32,000 bases of DNA. It comes from Microcystis aeruginosa NIES-2549. Its GTDB lineage: Bacteria > Cyanobacteriota > Cyanobacteriia > Cyanobacteriales > Microcystaceae. The stretch lies in NCBI RefSeq assembly GCF_000981785.2, contig NZ_CP011304.1, positions 90,001 through 122,000 on the forward strand, read 5' to 3'. A program made the translations under genes and the position numbers. Under the pieces are notes generated by a model that ran no database searches, was not told the origin of the DNA, and saw nothing but the letters and a program-made list of their open reading frames with translations. This document shows, piece by piece, positions 15,552 to 23,816 of the stretch. Numbering within the stretch: position 1 is the stretch's first letter; every line of letters begins with the position of its first letter.

Positions 15552-16089
15552 AGAAGCAGAAAACTAATTTTTTTTATTATAATCTCAAAAAAAAACTTTT
15601 TTTTGATGATGCTTGACAAGGGAGCTTTTTTTTGAGATACTTTTTTATATAATGGGAATCTTTGCGTCTAAAGTTATATGCTTAAGCCCGATTATATAAA
15701 AACTGATCATAAAAATATCATACCATAACCTGTCCGCTCCCTGCCCAGAGATTGCCAAAATACTTTACAAAACAATTACAGCCTTTCTGCCGCAGTTCTT
15801 AGAAGGTAGTGACTGTCAATAGAAGCAGAAATCTAATTTTTTTTTATTATAATCTCAAAAAAAAACTTTTTTTTTGATGATGCTTGACAAGGGAGCTTTT
15901 TTTTGAGATACTTTTTTATATAATCGGAATCTTTGCGTCTAAGATTGTATGCTTAAGCCCGATTATATAAAAACTGATCATAAAAATATCATACCATAAC
16001 CTGTCCGCTCCCTGCCCAGAGATTGCCAAAATACTTTACAAAACAATTACAGCCTTTCTGCCGTAGTTCTTAGAAGGTAGTGACTGTCA
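15550..16089. repeat. Tandem duplication, 269 bp (15550-15818) + 271 bp (15819-16089)
   Basis: The two copies differ by about 6 substitutions and two 1-nt homopolymer indels. Copy 1 starts at the nagA start codon. Confidence 0.95.
15613..15641 (+). promoter_or_regulatory. Candidate sigma70-type promoter inside the duplicated unit (second copy at about 15883-15911)
   Basis: TTGACA (15613-15618), a 17-nt spacer, then GATACT. A TATAAT at 15648-15653 is 29 nt away, too far to pair with this -35. Confidence 0.3.
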
Positions 16090-16161
16090 GAGGGAAAGCT
16101 TTGTCCTATAATAAAATTAATACTTTATAAAAACTACTTTTTTAGCGATAAAAGAGTAGCA

Positions 16162-16989
16162 ATGTCAGTATTGTTAGCGATGAGGGAGGGGTGCGTGTTT
16201 TTTAGAAAAATCGGGAAACAGACTCAAGAACCGCGTCGTATTATTATCGGAGATGTGCATGGCAGTTTTCAGACACTTTTGCGACTATTAAACCGAGTTG
16301 CCCCCGATAGTAAAGATGAGGTTTATTTTCTGGGAGATTTAATTGATCGAGGACAGCAGAGCTTAGAAGTGGTGGATTTCGTCATCAAAAATAACTACCA
16401 ATGTCTGCTAGGAAATCATGAATATATGCTCTTAAAAGCTCTGGCAGGAAAAGAAGTTTCTGAAAAATGGTTAACGGGCTGGATCGAGAGTGGCGGGGCG
16501 GCGACACTACTAAGTTATAATAACAATATACCCGCCGAGCATATTAATTGGTTTCAATCCCTACCTGCTTATTTAGACCTAGGAGATATTTGGTTAGTTC
16601 ATGCGGGAGTACACCCAGAATATCCCCTTGAACAGCAAACGAACGAGCAGTTTTGTTGGATTAGAAATGAATTTCATACCATGACCCAACCCTATTTCAA
16701 GGATAAACTAATTATCACAGGTCATACTTTAACCTTTACCTTTCCAGGTGTCAAACCGGGGCAACTAGCTCGCGGCAGCGGTTGGCTAGACATTGAAACT
16801 GGGGTTTATCATCCTCAAAGTGGTTGGTTAACTGCTTTAGATTGGACAAATCAATTAGTTTATCAAGTGCAGGCTCAAAATAAAAATTGTCGCACGATCC
16901 CTTTAGAAAAAGCGGTAGTTAATCTAGATATTGACAAGATTTCTCGCTACTCCTCCAGGGAAAGCTCATCTAAATCGCTGAATCTTTAA
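16162..16989 (+). CDS. Serine/threonine protein phosphatase (PPP-family metallophosphoesterase)
   Basis: 275 aa with the motifs IGDVHG, GDLIDRG and GNHE. Confidence 0.85.
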   Translation: MSVLLAMREGCVFFRKIGKQTQEPRRIIIGDVHGSFQTLLRLLNRVAPDSKDEVYFLGDLIDRGQQSLEVVDFVIKNNYQCLLGNHEYMLLKALAGKEVSEKWLTGWIESGGAATLLSYNNNIPAEHINWFQSLPAYLDLGDIWLVHAGVHPEYPLEQQTNEQFCWIRNEFHTMTQPYFKDKLIITGHTLTFTFPGVKPGQLARGSGWLDIETGVYHPQSGWLTALDWTNQLVYQVQAQNKNCRTIPLEKAVVNLDIDKISRYSSRESSSKSLNL

Positions 16990-17067
16990 TGGTGATCAGA
17001 AAAGAGAAAGAATAAAATCGGAAGGATCGGTTAAAATAGTTGATAATCTGATTTATACCCTTTTCTA

Positions 17068-17886
17068 ATGACCCTTGAACTCTTATACCAAGCTTTCATC
17101 GAAACAATTCAACATCCTGACCCTGAGATAAATCTAGCTCGGGCAGCCCTGCAAATAGCCAATTTTGAATATCCTTACCTCAATATTGATCACTATTTAA
17201 ATAGAATAAATTTAATGGCTGACGAGGTAAAAAAACGTTTACCCGATAGATTATATCCTTTAAAAATAGTCAATATTATCAATCAATATTTGTTTGAAGA
17301 TTTACAATTTACTGGTAATACTAAAGACTACTATGACCCCCGCAATAGCTACTTAAATGACGTAATTGATCGCCGCACGGGTATCCCACTCACTCTCTCG
17401 ATTATCTATTTAGAGATTGCCAAACAGATCGATTTTCCCATGGTAGGAATTGGTATGCCGGGCCATTTTATTATCCGTCCCGATTTCGAGGAAGTGGAAA
17501 TTTTTGTCGATCCCTTTCACGGTGGTGAAATCCTATTTAAACAGGACTGTCAAGAAAGATTAAGTCAAGTTTATCAACAGCCAGTTAAATTAGAAGAACA
17601 TTTTCTCAATATTGCTACCAATCAGCAAATTTTATTACGTTTGCTGACTAATTTAAAATATATTTACCTAAATCGTCAACAATGGTCTCAGACAATTCGG
17701 ACCCTAGATCTGCTACTTTTGCTCATTCCTAATCATCCCCTAGAGCTGCGCGATCGAGGTTTAGTTTACTATCAAATTGGACAATTCACCCAAGCACAAC
17801 AGGATTTAGGCTTCTATCTTGCCCTCCTACCCAACGCCCAAGATGCGGAATCCATTCGACAATTATTGCAAAAAATTAACTCTTAA
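17068..17886 (+). CDS. Transglutaminase-like/TPR protein (SirB1 / UPF0162-like)
   Basis: 272 aa. The segment DPRNSYLNDVIDRRTGIPLTLSIIYLEIAKQIDFPMVGIGMPGHFIIR and the TPR-like C-terminus fit this family as I recall it. Confidence 0.65.
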   Translation: MTLELLYQAFIETIQHPDPEINLARAALQIANFEYPYLNIDHYLNRINLMADEVKKRLPDRLYPLKIVNIINQYLFEDLQFTGNTKDYYDPRNSYLNDVIDRRTGIPLTLSIIYLEIAKQIDFPMVGIGMPGHFIIRPDFEEVEIFVDPFHGGEILFKQDCQERLSQVYQQPVKLEEHFLNIATNQQILLRLLTNLKYIYLNRQQWSQTIRTLDLLLLLIPNHPLELRDRGLVYYQIGQFTQAQQDLGFYLALLPNAQDAESIRQLLQKINS

Positions 17887-17896
17887 GTCGCCAGCC

Positions 17897-18008
17897 TGAT
17901 CAGTTATCAGTTATCAGTTATCAGTTAGCGGTATTAAATGAGGAGTATTAAATGACATTAATAGTGCTGTCTTTTCACTGATTACTGATTACTGATTACT
18001 GTTCAGTG
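17897..18008. repeat. Heptamer-flanked intergenic element, copy B
   Basis: CAGTTAT x3-4, then a core ending TGCTGTCTTTTCACTG, then ATTACTG x3. Confidence 0.8.
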
Positions 18009-18035
18009 AAAAATCCCCCCACCCTTTACTGATAA

Positions 18036-18512
18036 ATGATAACTAAGATGACTATTAGCCCTTACCTAACCACGAAAAAACTCAAAATCGGTCAACTGCG
18101 AAAAGTCCATCATATCGCTTTCAACGTCAAAGATATGGAGGCTTCTCGTCATTTTTATGGGGAAATATTAGGCTTAGAGGAATTAGTGGCCGAAAAAATT
18201 CCCACCACCTTAAAAGAATTAGTTGCTCAGGGAAAAGTGGCCAATTTTATCACCCCCGATGGTACAGTAATTGACCTATTTTGGGAACCAGATTTAAACC
18301 CTCCCGACGACAATCCGGAAATCGCTTTTACCCGTGCCAACCATTTAGCCTTCGATATTGCCCCCGAAGGCTTCGATTTTGCCCTAGAAGTGCTACAAAG
18401 TCAGGGAATTACCATTGCTAGTGGACCCGTGACCCGGCCCACTGGTAAGGGGGTTTACTTCTACGATCCCGATGGCTTTATCGTCGAAATTCGCTGTGAT
18501 CCGGCATCTTAA
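18036..18512 (+). CDS. VOC (glyoxalase/bleomycin resistance/dioxygenase) family protein
   Basis: 158 aa with the VOC-typical segments HHIAFNVKDMEASRHFY and GVYFYDPDGFIVEI. The start may be the Met at 18048. Confidence 0.75.
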   Translation: MITKMTISPYLTTKKLKIGQLRKVHHIAFNVKDMEASRHFYGEILGLEELVAEKIPTTLKELVAQGKVANFITPDGTVIDLFWEPDLNPPDDNPEIAFTRANHLAFDIAPEGFDFALEVLQSQGITIASGPVTRPTGKGVYFYDPDGFIVEIRCDPAS

Positions 18513-19276
18513 CGACTCAGAGGGCGAAAATTGCCGCGAAAAACCAGAAAAGTTAGGGTAATCGCTAATATAATCGCCGTTACCGCAATTAGAGGCAGAG
18601 AAATATGTTTAACAGCGATCGCCAAGAAAGCCCAGATAAAAACCCCGATAAAAGCCCGATCTTTTCGGTTTAAACCGACTAAAATCGCGATTATTGCCCC
18701 GATAACCAGAATTATTACCGTCCAGATTTGGTCAGTTAGACCCCATCGCTGCCAGTCGATCCAATCTAGCAGCGAAGCGACGTTAACAATCGTGGCTACG
18801 GTAATCCAAGCGAAATAGATACTAATAGGAGCATTAACTAATAAACCCTGTTTACGATTGACAATAAAGCGATTAATTTCTAAGCGGAGATAAAGCCGGA
18901 TGAGAGAAATTAAAATGCCTAGCATTGCCAGTAAAGACAGGGCAAAAAAACGGGATTGAAAGAGAATTACCCAGAGAATCTGACAAGCACTAGCGATGGC
19001 TAATTCGTAGCCTAACCGACGCAAACGCGGTTCAGTTTTATTGAAAGCCAAAGCTTGGTAAATTCCCAGACTAATTAAACCCAGATAGATTAATCCCCAG
19101 ATAGCAAAAGCATAATTAGCGGGAATAATTAAGACATCTTGAAAAACTGTATTCGAGATAGCCCCGATATTTTCGCCGTTGAGAGGGAAAATATTAGCGA
19201 AAATATTGGTGATAAAAGCCCCTAGAATAGCAAATAAATTTAGTTCTTGTCGGAGACGATCTCGATCAAAATTCAT
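18509..19276 (-). CDS. Multi-pass membrane protein, possibly TspO/MBR-related
   Basis: 255 aa with several hydrophobic helices. The N-terminal IPANYAFAIWGLIYLGL resembles tryptophan-rich sensory protein relatives. Assigned from memory only. Confidence 0.45.
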   Translation of the reverse strand: MNFDRDRLRQELNLFAILGAFITNIFANIFPLNGENIGAISNTVFQDVLIIPANYAFAIWGLIYLGLISLGIYQALAFNKTEPRLRRLGYELAIASACQILWVILFQSRFFALSLLAMLGILISLIRLYLRLEINRFIVNRKQGLLVNAPISIYFAWITVATIVNVASLLDWIDWQRWGLTDQIWTVIILVIGAIIAILVGLNRKDRAFIGVFIWAFLAIAVKHISLPLIAVTAIILAITLTFLVFRGNFRPLSR

Positions 19277-19279
19277 AGG

Positions 19280-19768
19280 TCAATCAAAGATGGAAAACAT
19301 CATTTCGCCCTGGGCGGCCAATTGCCCATCGACTCTTGCTTCCCCTTGCATTTTAGCAATTTTATTCATCTTGAAGGACAATAATTCCACCGTCATGATC
19401 AATTGATCCCCCGGCACCACGGGACGACGAAAACGGGTTTTATCAATGCCTGCGAAGGCAAAAAATTTCCCTTTCATCCCGGGTAATTGCGTCAAAATCA
19501 CTCCCCCCACTTGGGCCATAGATTCAACAATTAACACCCCCGGCATCAAGGGACGACTGGGAATATGACCGGGAAAAAAAGGCTCGTTGATCGTGACATT
19601 TTTGAGGCCAACGGCTTTTTTACCTGGTACATAGTCAATAATCCGATCGACCAGGGCAAAGGGATAACGATGGGGCAGTAGTTGGCGAATTTCCTCGACG
19701 GTGAAGGTAGTTTTTATGACTGGTTCCAACTCGGTTAAGGCTTCGGTAACGATGGTCATGCAAGTCAA
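19280..19768 (-). CDS. fabZ: 3-hydroxyacyl-ACP dehydratase
   Basis: 162 aa with [20 protein letters not shown] and the remaining hotdog-fold pattern. Confidence 0.9.
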   Translation of the reverse strand: MTCMTIVTEALTELEPVIKTTFTVEEIRQLLPHRYPFALVDRIIDYVPGKKAVGLKNVTINEPFFPGHIPSRPLMPGVLIVESMAQVGGVILTQLPGMKGKFFAFAGIDKTRFRRPVVPGDQLIMTVELLSFKMNKIAKMQGEARVDGQLAAQGEMMFSIFD

Positions 19769-19802
19769 AAATTACAAGTGAGATCAGATATTATCTCACA
19801 AT

Positions 19803-19828
19803 CAGTTATCAGTTATCAGTTATCAGTT
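19803..19828. repeat. Heptanucleotide array (CAGTTAT x3 plus a partial unit)
   Basis: Read directly, between the SpoIID-domain gene and fabZ. Confidence 0.85.
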
Positions 19829-19852
19829 CACTGGAAATGGCTGACAGCCTTT

Positions 19853-21010
19853 TTAATTGGGCATTTCAGTTAAACGAGCATTTTGATAATAATGGCTGAG
19901 AATGCGGTCATAAGTCACCCCTTGATCGGCGAGGGAAAAAGCGCCCCATTGACTTAAACCGATCCCATGACCGAAACCGCGACCATTGATGGCAAAAGTA
20001 CCGTTATTAGCTGAAATCGTGAATAGGGTACTACGCAGCTCCAGTATTCGCCGTAATTGGGTATCAGAGATTAATTTAGAGCCTTGATCGCCCACTATAC
20101 GCATTCTAATCACCCGTCCGTGGGGAGTGGTTCTTTCGGGAGATAGCGATCGCACGCGACCGACACCACCGATTAAACGGCCTAATTCATTGGCGCTAAA
20201 GTTTTTTGACCATTGAAATACCGGGGCGACTTGGTCGTAATCGACGACACCGCGCAGGTAGGGTAAGGGGGAATTCCAAACATCCTCGACATTTTCCGTA
20301 TGGCCCCCAGAGGAGGAGTGAAACACCGCTAGAATCGGTTTGCCGTTGAAGCTCATAATTTGCCCGGCGGTGGCATTAACCGCCTCGTGGGTGCTAGTAA
20401 ACTCGCTTTCTAGACCCTTATAAACTTGGGTGCGGGTGGTAGTATCAAGATCGTAGATGCGATTGCCGGAAGTATTCATTTGGTAGAGGGCATAGGTACG
20501 CGCCGCCACGGATTGGGCTTTTAAGGCCTCTTGCGGCCAGGAGGGAATCGCCTCCGCACCGACGACACTATAGAGATATTCCTCTAAATCGACTAAATTT
20601 AGGGCTGTCACCCCAGAACCTTGCCGAATGATCCTTGTTCGTCCTCGATACCAGCGATCGTTAATCCAGACGTAACCATCATTCTCCGGTTCGATGATCA
20701 ATTGACTGGCCTGCCAATCGGCCAAACCCACCGCTTTTCCTCTGGGATTAGCATTGAGGGCATTCATGGCGGTCAATTCTCCTAGGACTCTGCCGGCCCC
20801 ATCTTTCACCACAGCATCGGTGGAACTGCCCACGGAGACGGCACTAACACCTTTACTGATGGCAATGCGTAACTCGACAGCAGCCTGGACTGGAGCGATA
20901 ATCAAAGCCCAAAAAACTAGGACGAGCCAGCTATGGGCAGGCAGACGCTGCAGGTAACTACCCAGCAGCCTGGCTGTGTGTTTATTGGTCATGGGGGTCG
21001 GACTCCTCAC
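19853..21010 (-). CDS. SpoIID/LytB domain protein
   Basis: 385 aa with an N-terminal signal/TM segment and a conserved FHSSSGGHTEN segment. Confidence 0.8.
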   Translation of the reverse strand: MRSPTPMTNKHTARLLGSYLQRLPAHSWLVLVFWALIIAPVQAAVELRIAISKGVSAVSVGSSTDAVVKDGAGRVLGELTAMNALNANPRGKAVGLADWQASQLIIEPENDGYVWINDRWYRGRTRIIRQGSGVTALNLVDLEEYLYSVVGAEAIPSWPQEALKAQSVAARTYALYQMNTSGNRIYDLDTTTRTQVYKGLESEFTSTHEAVNATAGQIMSFNGKPILAVFHSSSGGHTENVEDVWNSPLPYLRGVVDYDQVAPVFQWSKNFSANELGRLIGGVGRVRSLSPERTTPHGRVIRMRIVGDQGSKLISDTQLRRILELRSTLFTISANNGTFAINGRGFGHGIGLSQWGAFSLADQGVTYDRILSHYYQNARLTEMPN

Positions 21011-21210
21011 ACAATCGATCGATAATCAATTTTAACCGGACTGGGATTTTTTTGCTACTCCGGTTCGGAAAAATTTTTCCCTTGTCACTTTTTCCCGATT
21101 GTCTGAGAATTTTTCTGTCCTAGGGACCCTGAATGGGCAAATTGCCTGATTTTGTCCGATTAACCTGGATTTATTCGGTTTAGTCGATTATTTTAATTAG
21201 TCCAGCAAAA

Positions 21211-21864
21211 TTAATTTCCTAGGTTCGAGTGGACAATCGCCAATTCTTGCCGCCAAACTACCAGGGATTTCTCCCAAGCTAGTTCCCATTTTTGCGCTAA
21301 AAAAGGTCGAGTATTTTTGCCCAAATTATAGGCGATGACAATCTCTTCCCAGAGAGAATGTAAAGAAAGTGGGGAAGAAAATAAAGCTCCCAATAATCCC
21401 CCTAAAAGTATGACAATAGCTAGAGGGCGACGAGTTTGACTTAATTCAAAAGCTTTCAGTTGCAATTCTCCCATGCCATCGACACCAAAACCCGTTACTA
21501 TATGCCAGATATCGTGAGTTTGCCGTAGGCGAAGCAGCAGATAATCTGTGTCGGAATTGACCTGAATAGACCGATAAAAATTAGGATCAAAATTGAGACT
21601 AATTAGGTGAGTAGCATAATGATAACCCAGGGAATCTTCTGGGAGTTTTAGCAGGGTTTCTAAACAGGGACTAGCGGCTAGATATCTTTGGGCAATTATT
21701 TGAGCGGTAGCTCGATCGCTTTTAACATATTGCAAAGATAATCGCTGTAACCAACTCTCTTTTAAGCCATCTTCAATATCATATACAGACATAATGTTAC
21801 TGGGATTTTGTAAAAGAGAAATTATTCCTTTGGTCACACTGATTAGATTAGTTGTGAATAGCAT
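21211..21864 (-). CDS. Coq4-like protein
   Basis: 217 aa containing an HDxxH-x11-E motif (HDIWHIVTGFGVDGMGE), as in the COQ4 family. Confidence 0.6.
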   Translation of the reverse strand: MLFTTNLISVTKGIISLLQNPSNIMSVYDIEDGLKESWLQRLSLQYVKSDRATAQIIAQRYLAASPCLETLLKLPEDSLGYHYATHLISLNFDPNFYRSIQVNSDTDYLLLRLRQTHDIWHIVTGFGVDGMGELQLKAFELSQTRRPLAIVILLGGLLGALFSSPLSLHSLWEEIVIAYNLGKNTRPFLAQKWELAWEKSLVVWRQELAIVHSNLGN

Positions 21865-21935
21865 ATAAACTCTCCTAAGTCAGAAAAAAGAGTGAGAATA
21901 ATCGAAAAAAACTGATAACCAATAACTGGGAAAAA

Positions 21936-22226
21936 CTACTCCTTATAGGGATCGTACTGACTCAATATCCGTTCTAACTTTGCTTCATCAATGCGATTAA
22001 TTAAGCGTTTAGATTCTTCGACATCGCGGACAGTTTTTGATAAATTAATGGTGGAACCGACGCTAAATAGTAAACCCATGCCTAAATAACCTTTAATCCA
22101 CGGATCTACTGGTAGATAAATAACTCCTAAAGAAGTGGCGGAAATAGAAATAATAAAAGATAACCAAGTTTGAAAAATCCACGCTTGAGTATGACTGGGA
22201 GCAGTACCGTATTTTTTATCGTTCAT
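21936..22226 (-). CDS. Small inner-membrane protein (YiaA/YiaB-like)
   Basis: 96 aa with two hydrophobic helices (WIFQTWLSFIISISATSLGVIYL and GYLGMGLLFSVGSTI). Confidence 0.45.
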   Translation of the reverse strand: MNDKKYGTAPSHTQAWIFQTWLSFIISISATSLGVIYLPVDPWIKGYLGMGLLFSVGSTINLSKTVRDVEESKRLINRIDEAKLERILSQYDPYKE

Positions 22227-22375
22227 AATCGTCTCCTAAATGATTCTACACCCATTTTGTCCGTTCTAGAGGTGCAACAACAATGAGTGCTATCTAGTAG
22301 GGAGAGGGTTGAGAACTGGGGTGAAGTGGGGTGAAGTATCAAGTATAATCGTTGTCAGAATCTAGGACCAAAAAG

Positions 22376-23371
22376 ATGGAGAGCAAACACCTAAAAATTT
22401 GGTATTCTTGGGAAAAACAAGAACAAATGATCGAGCGCTTGGTAGGGAGAGTGGGATTAACCCGGGTGCGTGCCACTTGTTTTCTGCGTCTCTGGATTTA
22501 TGCGATCGCCAAGGAGGGACAGGCAAAACCCCCTTTATCCCAGTTAATTTTTCCCACCACTGCCATTATCTGTACCCATCGGCAAGCATCGGATTTATTT
22601 TATCAGGATCAGGACCAGGGCAGCGAACGATCGGCGGGTATGATGTTAGATAAATTAGCAGCCCTTGGTTTAATTGAAAAAATTTTTGACGGCAACACAA
22701 CCAGAATTAAAATCAAGCCAATTACGGGTATTTTAGAGCCTGATAGCTCGGAATCATCTGTAGAATTGCAATTAGATCAATTTAATCCCCGTTGTGATGC
22801 GATTCCTGTGGCTAACTTGCTGACACGCAATTATAACTGGATGAATCGCAATGCTGAAGCAATTCCCCATCGCATTTCTCGTCTGTTGCGGGGTTGGTCA
22901 AAAGATTACACCACAGGTATGCGAGTTTTGCGTCGGGTAGATAATCTTAATCCCGTCGGTTTTTATCTCCTCTATCCCACCGCAAACGAGTCGGAAGCCA
23001 ATTTTTTTACCTCTCCTAACAAGAGTTTACATCTAAGTGCGATCAACGAACAGGATCCTTTTAAAATGGCATCTGTGGGAGATGAAAATTGTCTTTCGGT
23101 ATTTATTCGCAGTTGGATGATCGATGCTAATTATTTAGATAAATATCGTTTAATTTTTCTGCAAGATGCCCAAAAAACTCTCCAGAGAATGACCTTAGAT
23201 TTTCCTAATCTCTGCGATTTACATACTTTGATTATTCATCCCGATTATGAGAAATTAGCCGCAGCCTTGGGATTTCAAAAAACTATTCAGGAATCCCCAA
23301 ACTCTATTTATTGGATGTATTTAGGACTCGATCGCTTTTTATCCCTAGATATGAGTGAAATTCAATTTTAA
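22376..23371 (+). CDS. Hypothetical protein (possible winged-helix segment plus a GNAT-like C-terminal half)
   Basis: ATG 22376 is preferred over the TTG at 22352. LDKLAALGLIEKIFDGNTTRIKIKP looks wHTH-like. VGFYLLYP...SVFIRSWMID...YEKLAAALGFQK looks loosely acetyltransferase-like. This is speculative. Confidence 0.5.
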   Translation: MESKHLKIWYSWEKQEQMIERLVGRVGLTRVRATCFLRLWIYAIAKEGQAKPPLSQLIFPTTAIICTHRQASDLFYQDQDQGSERSAGMMLDKLAALGLIEKIFDGNTTRIKIKPITGILEPDSSESSVELQLDQFNPRCDAIPVANLLTRNYNWMNRNAEAIPHRISRLLRGWSKDYTTGMRVLRRVDNLNPVGFYLLYPTANESEANFFTSPNKSLHLSAINEQDPFKMASVGDENCLSVFIRSWMIDANYLDKYRLIFLQDAQKTLQRMTLDFPNLCDLHTLIIHPDYEKLAAALGFQKTIQESPNSIYWMYLGLDRFLSLDMSEIQF

Positions 23372-23816
23372 TCGGGAGTGGGGAGTAGGGGGAAAAAATC
23401 CATAACTGGGTTTTTGAAGTTCGATCGAGAGTTAGTCGTAATATTAAAAGCCGATTTGGTATAAATCTTCTTTTGTGGGATTTTTAAAACCTAGATACAA
23501 ACTAACTTTTCGATGCGGTGCAAAGTTGGCATTCATACCTTAATTCAGTAACACCAATACTGTTAGCAAGGAACGAAACCCAAACCGACAGCAGCTTTTG
23601 TCAAGGATTGTTAAGATGTGCTTACCCTGTAGATATCGATTCTTGCCTGTGGCAATATGTTGGTAATAGGGACTTACAAGCAGCTAAAATTTGCCTTATC
23701 GTAACGAGGAGGAAAAATATTCTCACCGGTGAAAAGAAGTCGAATTAATTTTCTACAAATCTTTAGACACACATTCCGCCATCTCAAATCTAAAATCTCA
23801 AATCTAAAATAGGCTT

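Noticed and set aside
18531-19406. ORFs 18531-18818 (+) and 19179-19406 (+).
   Set aside because: They are antisense to the membrane-protein gene and to fabZ.
20754-20957. 67-aa plus-strand ORF.
   Set aside because: It is antisense within the SpoIID-domain gene.
22399-22653. 84-aa plus-strand ORF.
   Set aside because: It is an alternative frame inside the 22376-23371 ORF.
23518-23748. 76-aa intergenic ORF upstream of the TPR gene.
   Set aside because: It uses a GTG start in the track, has no ribosome-binding site that I can see, and has no motifs. It may be real but is unsupported.
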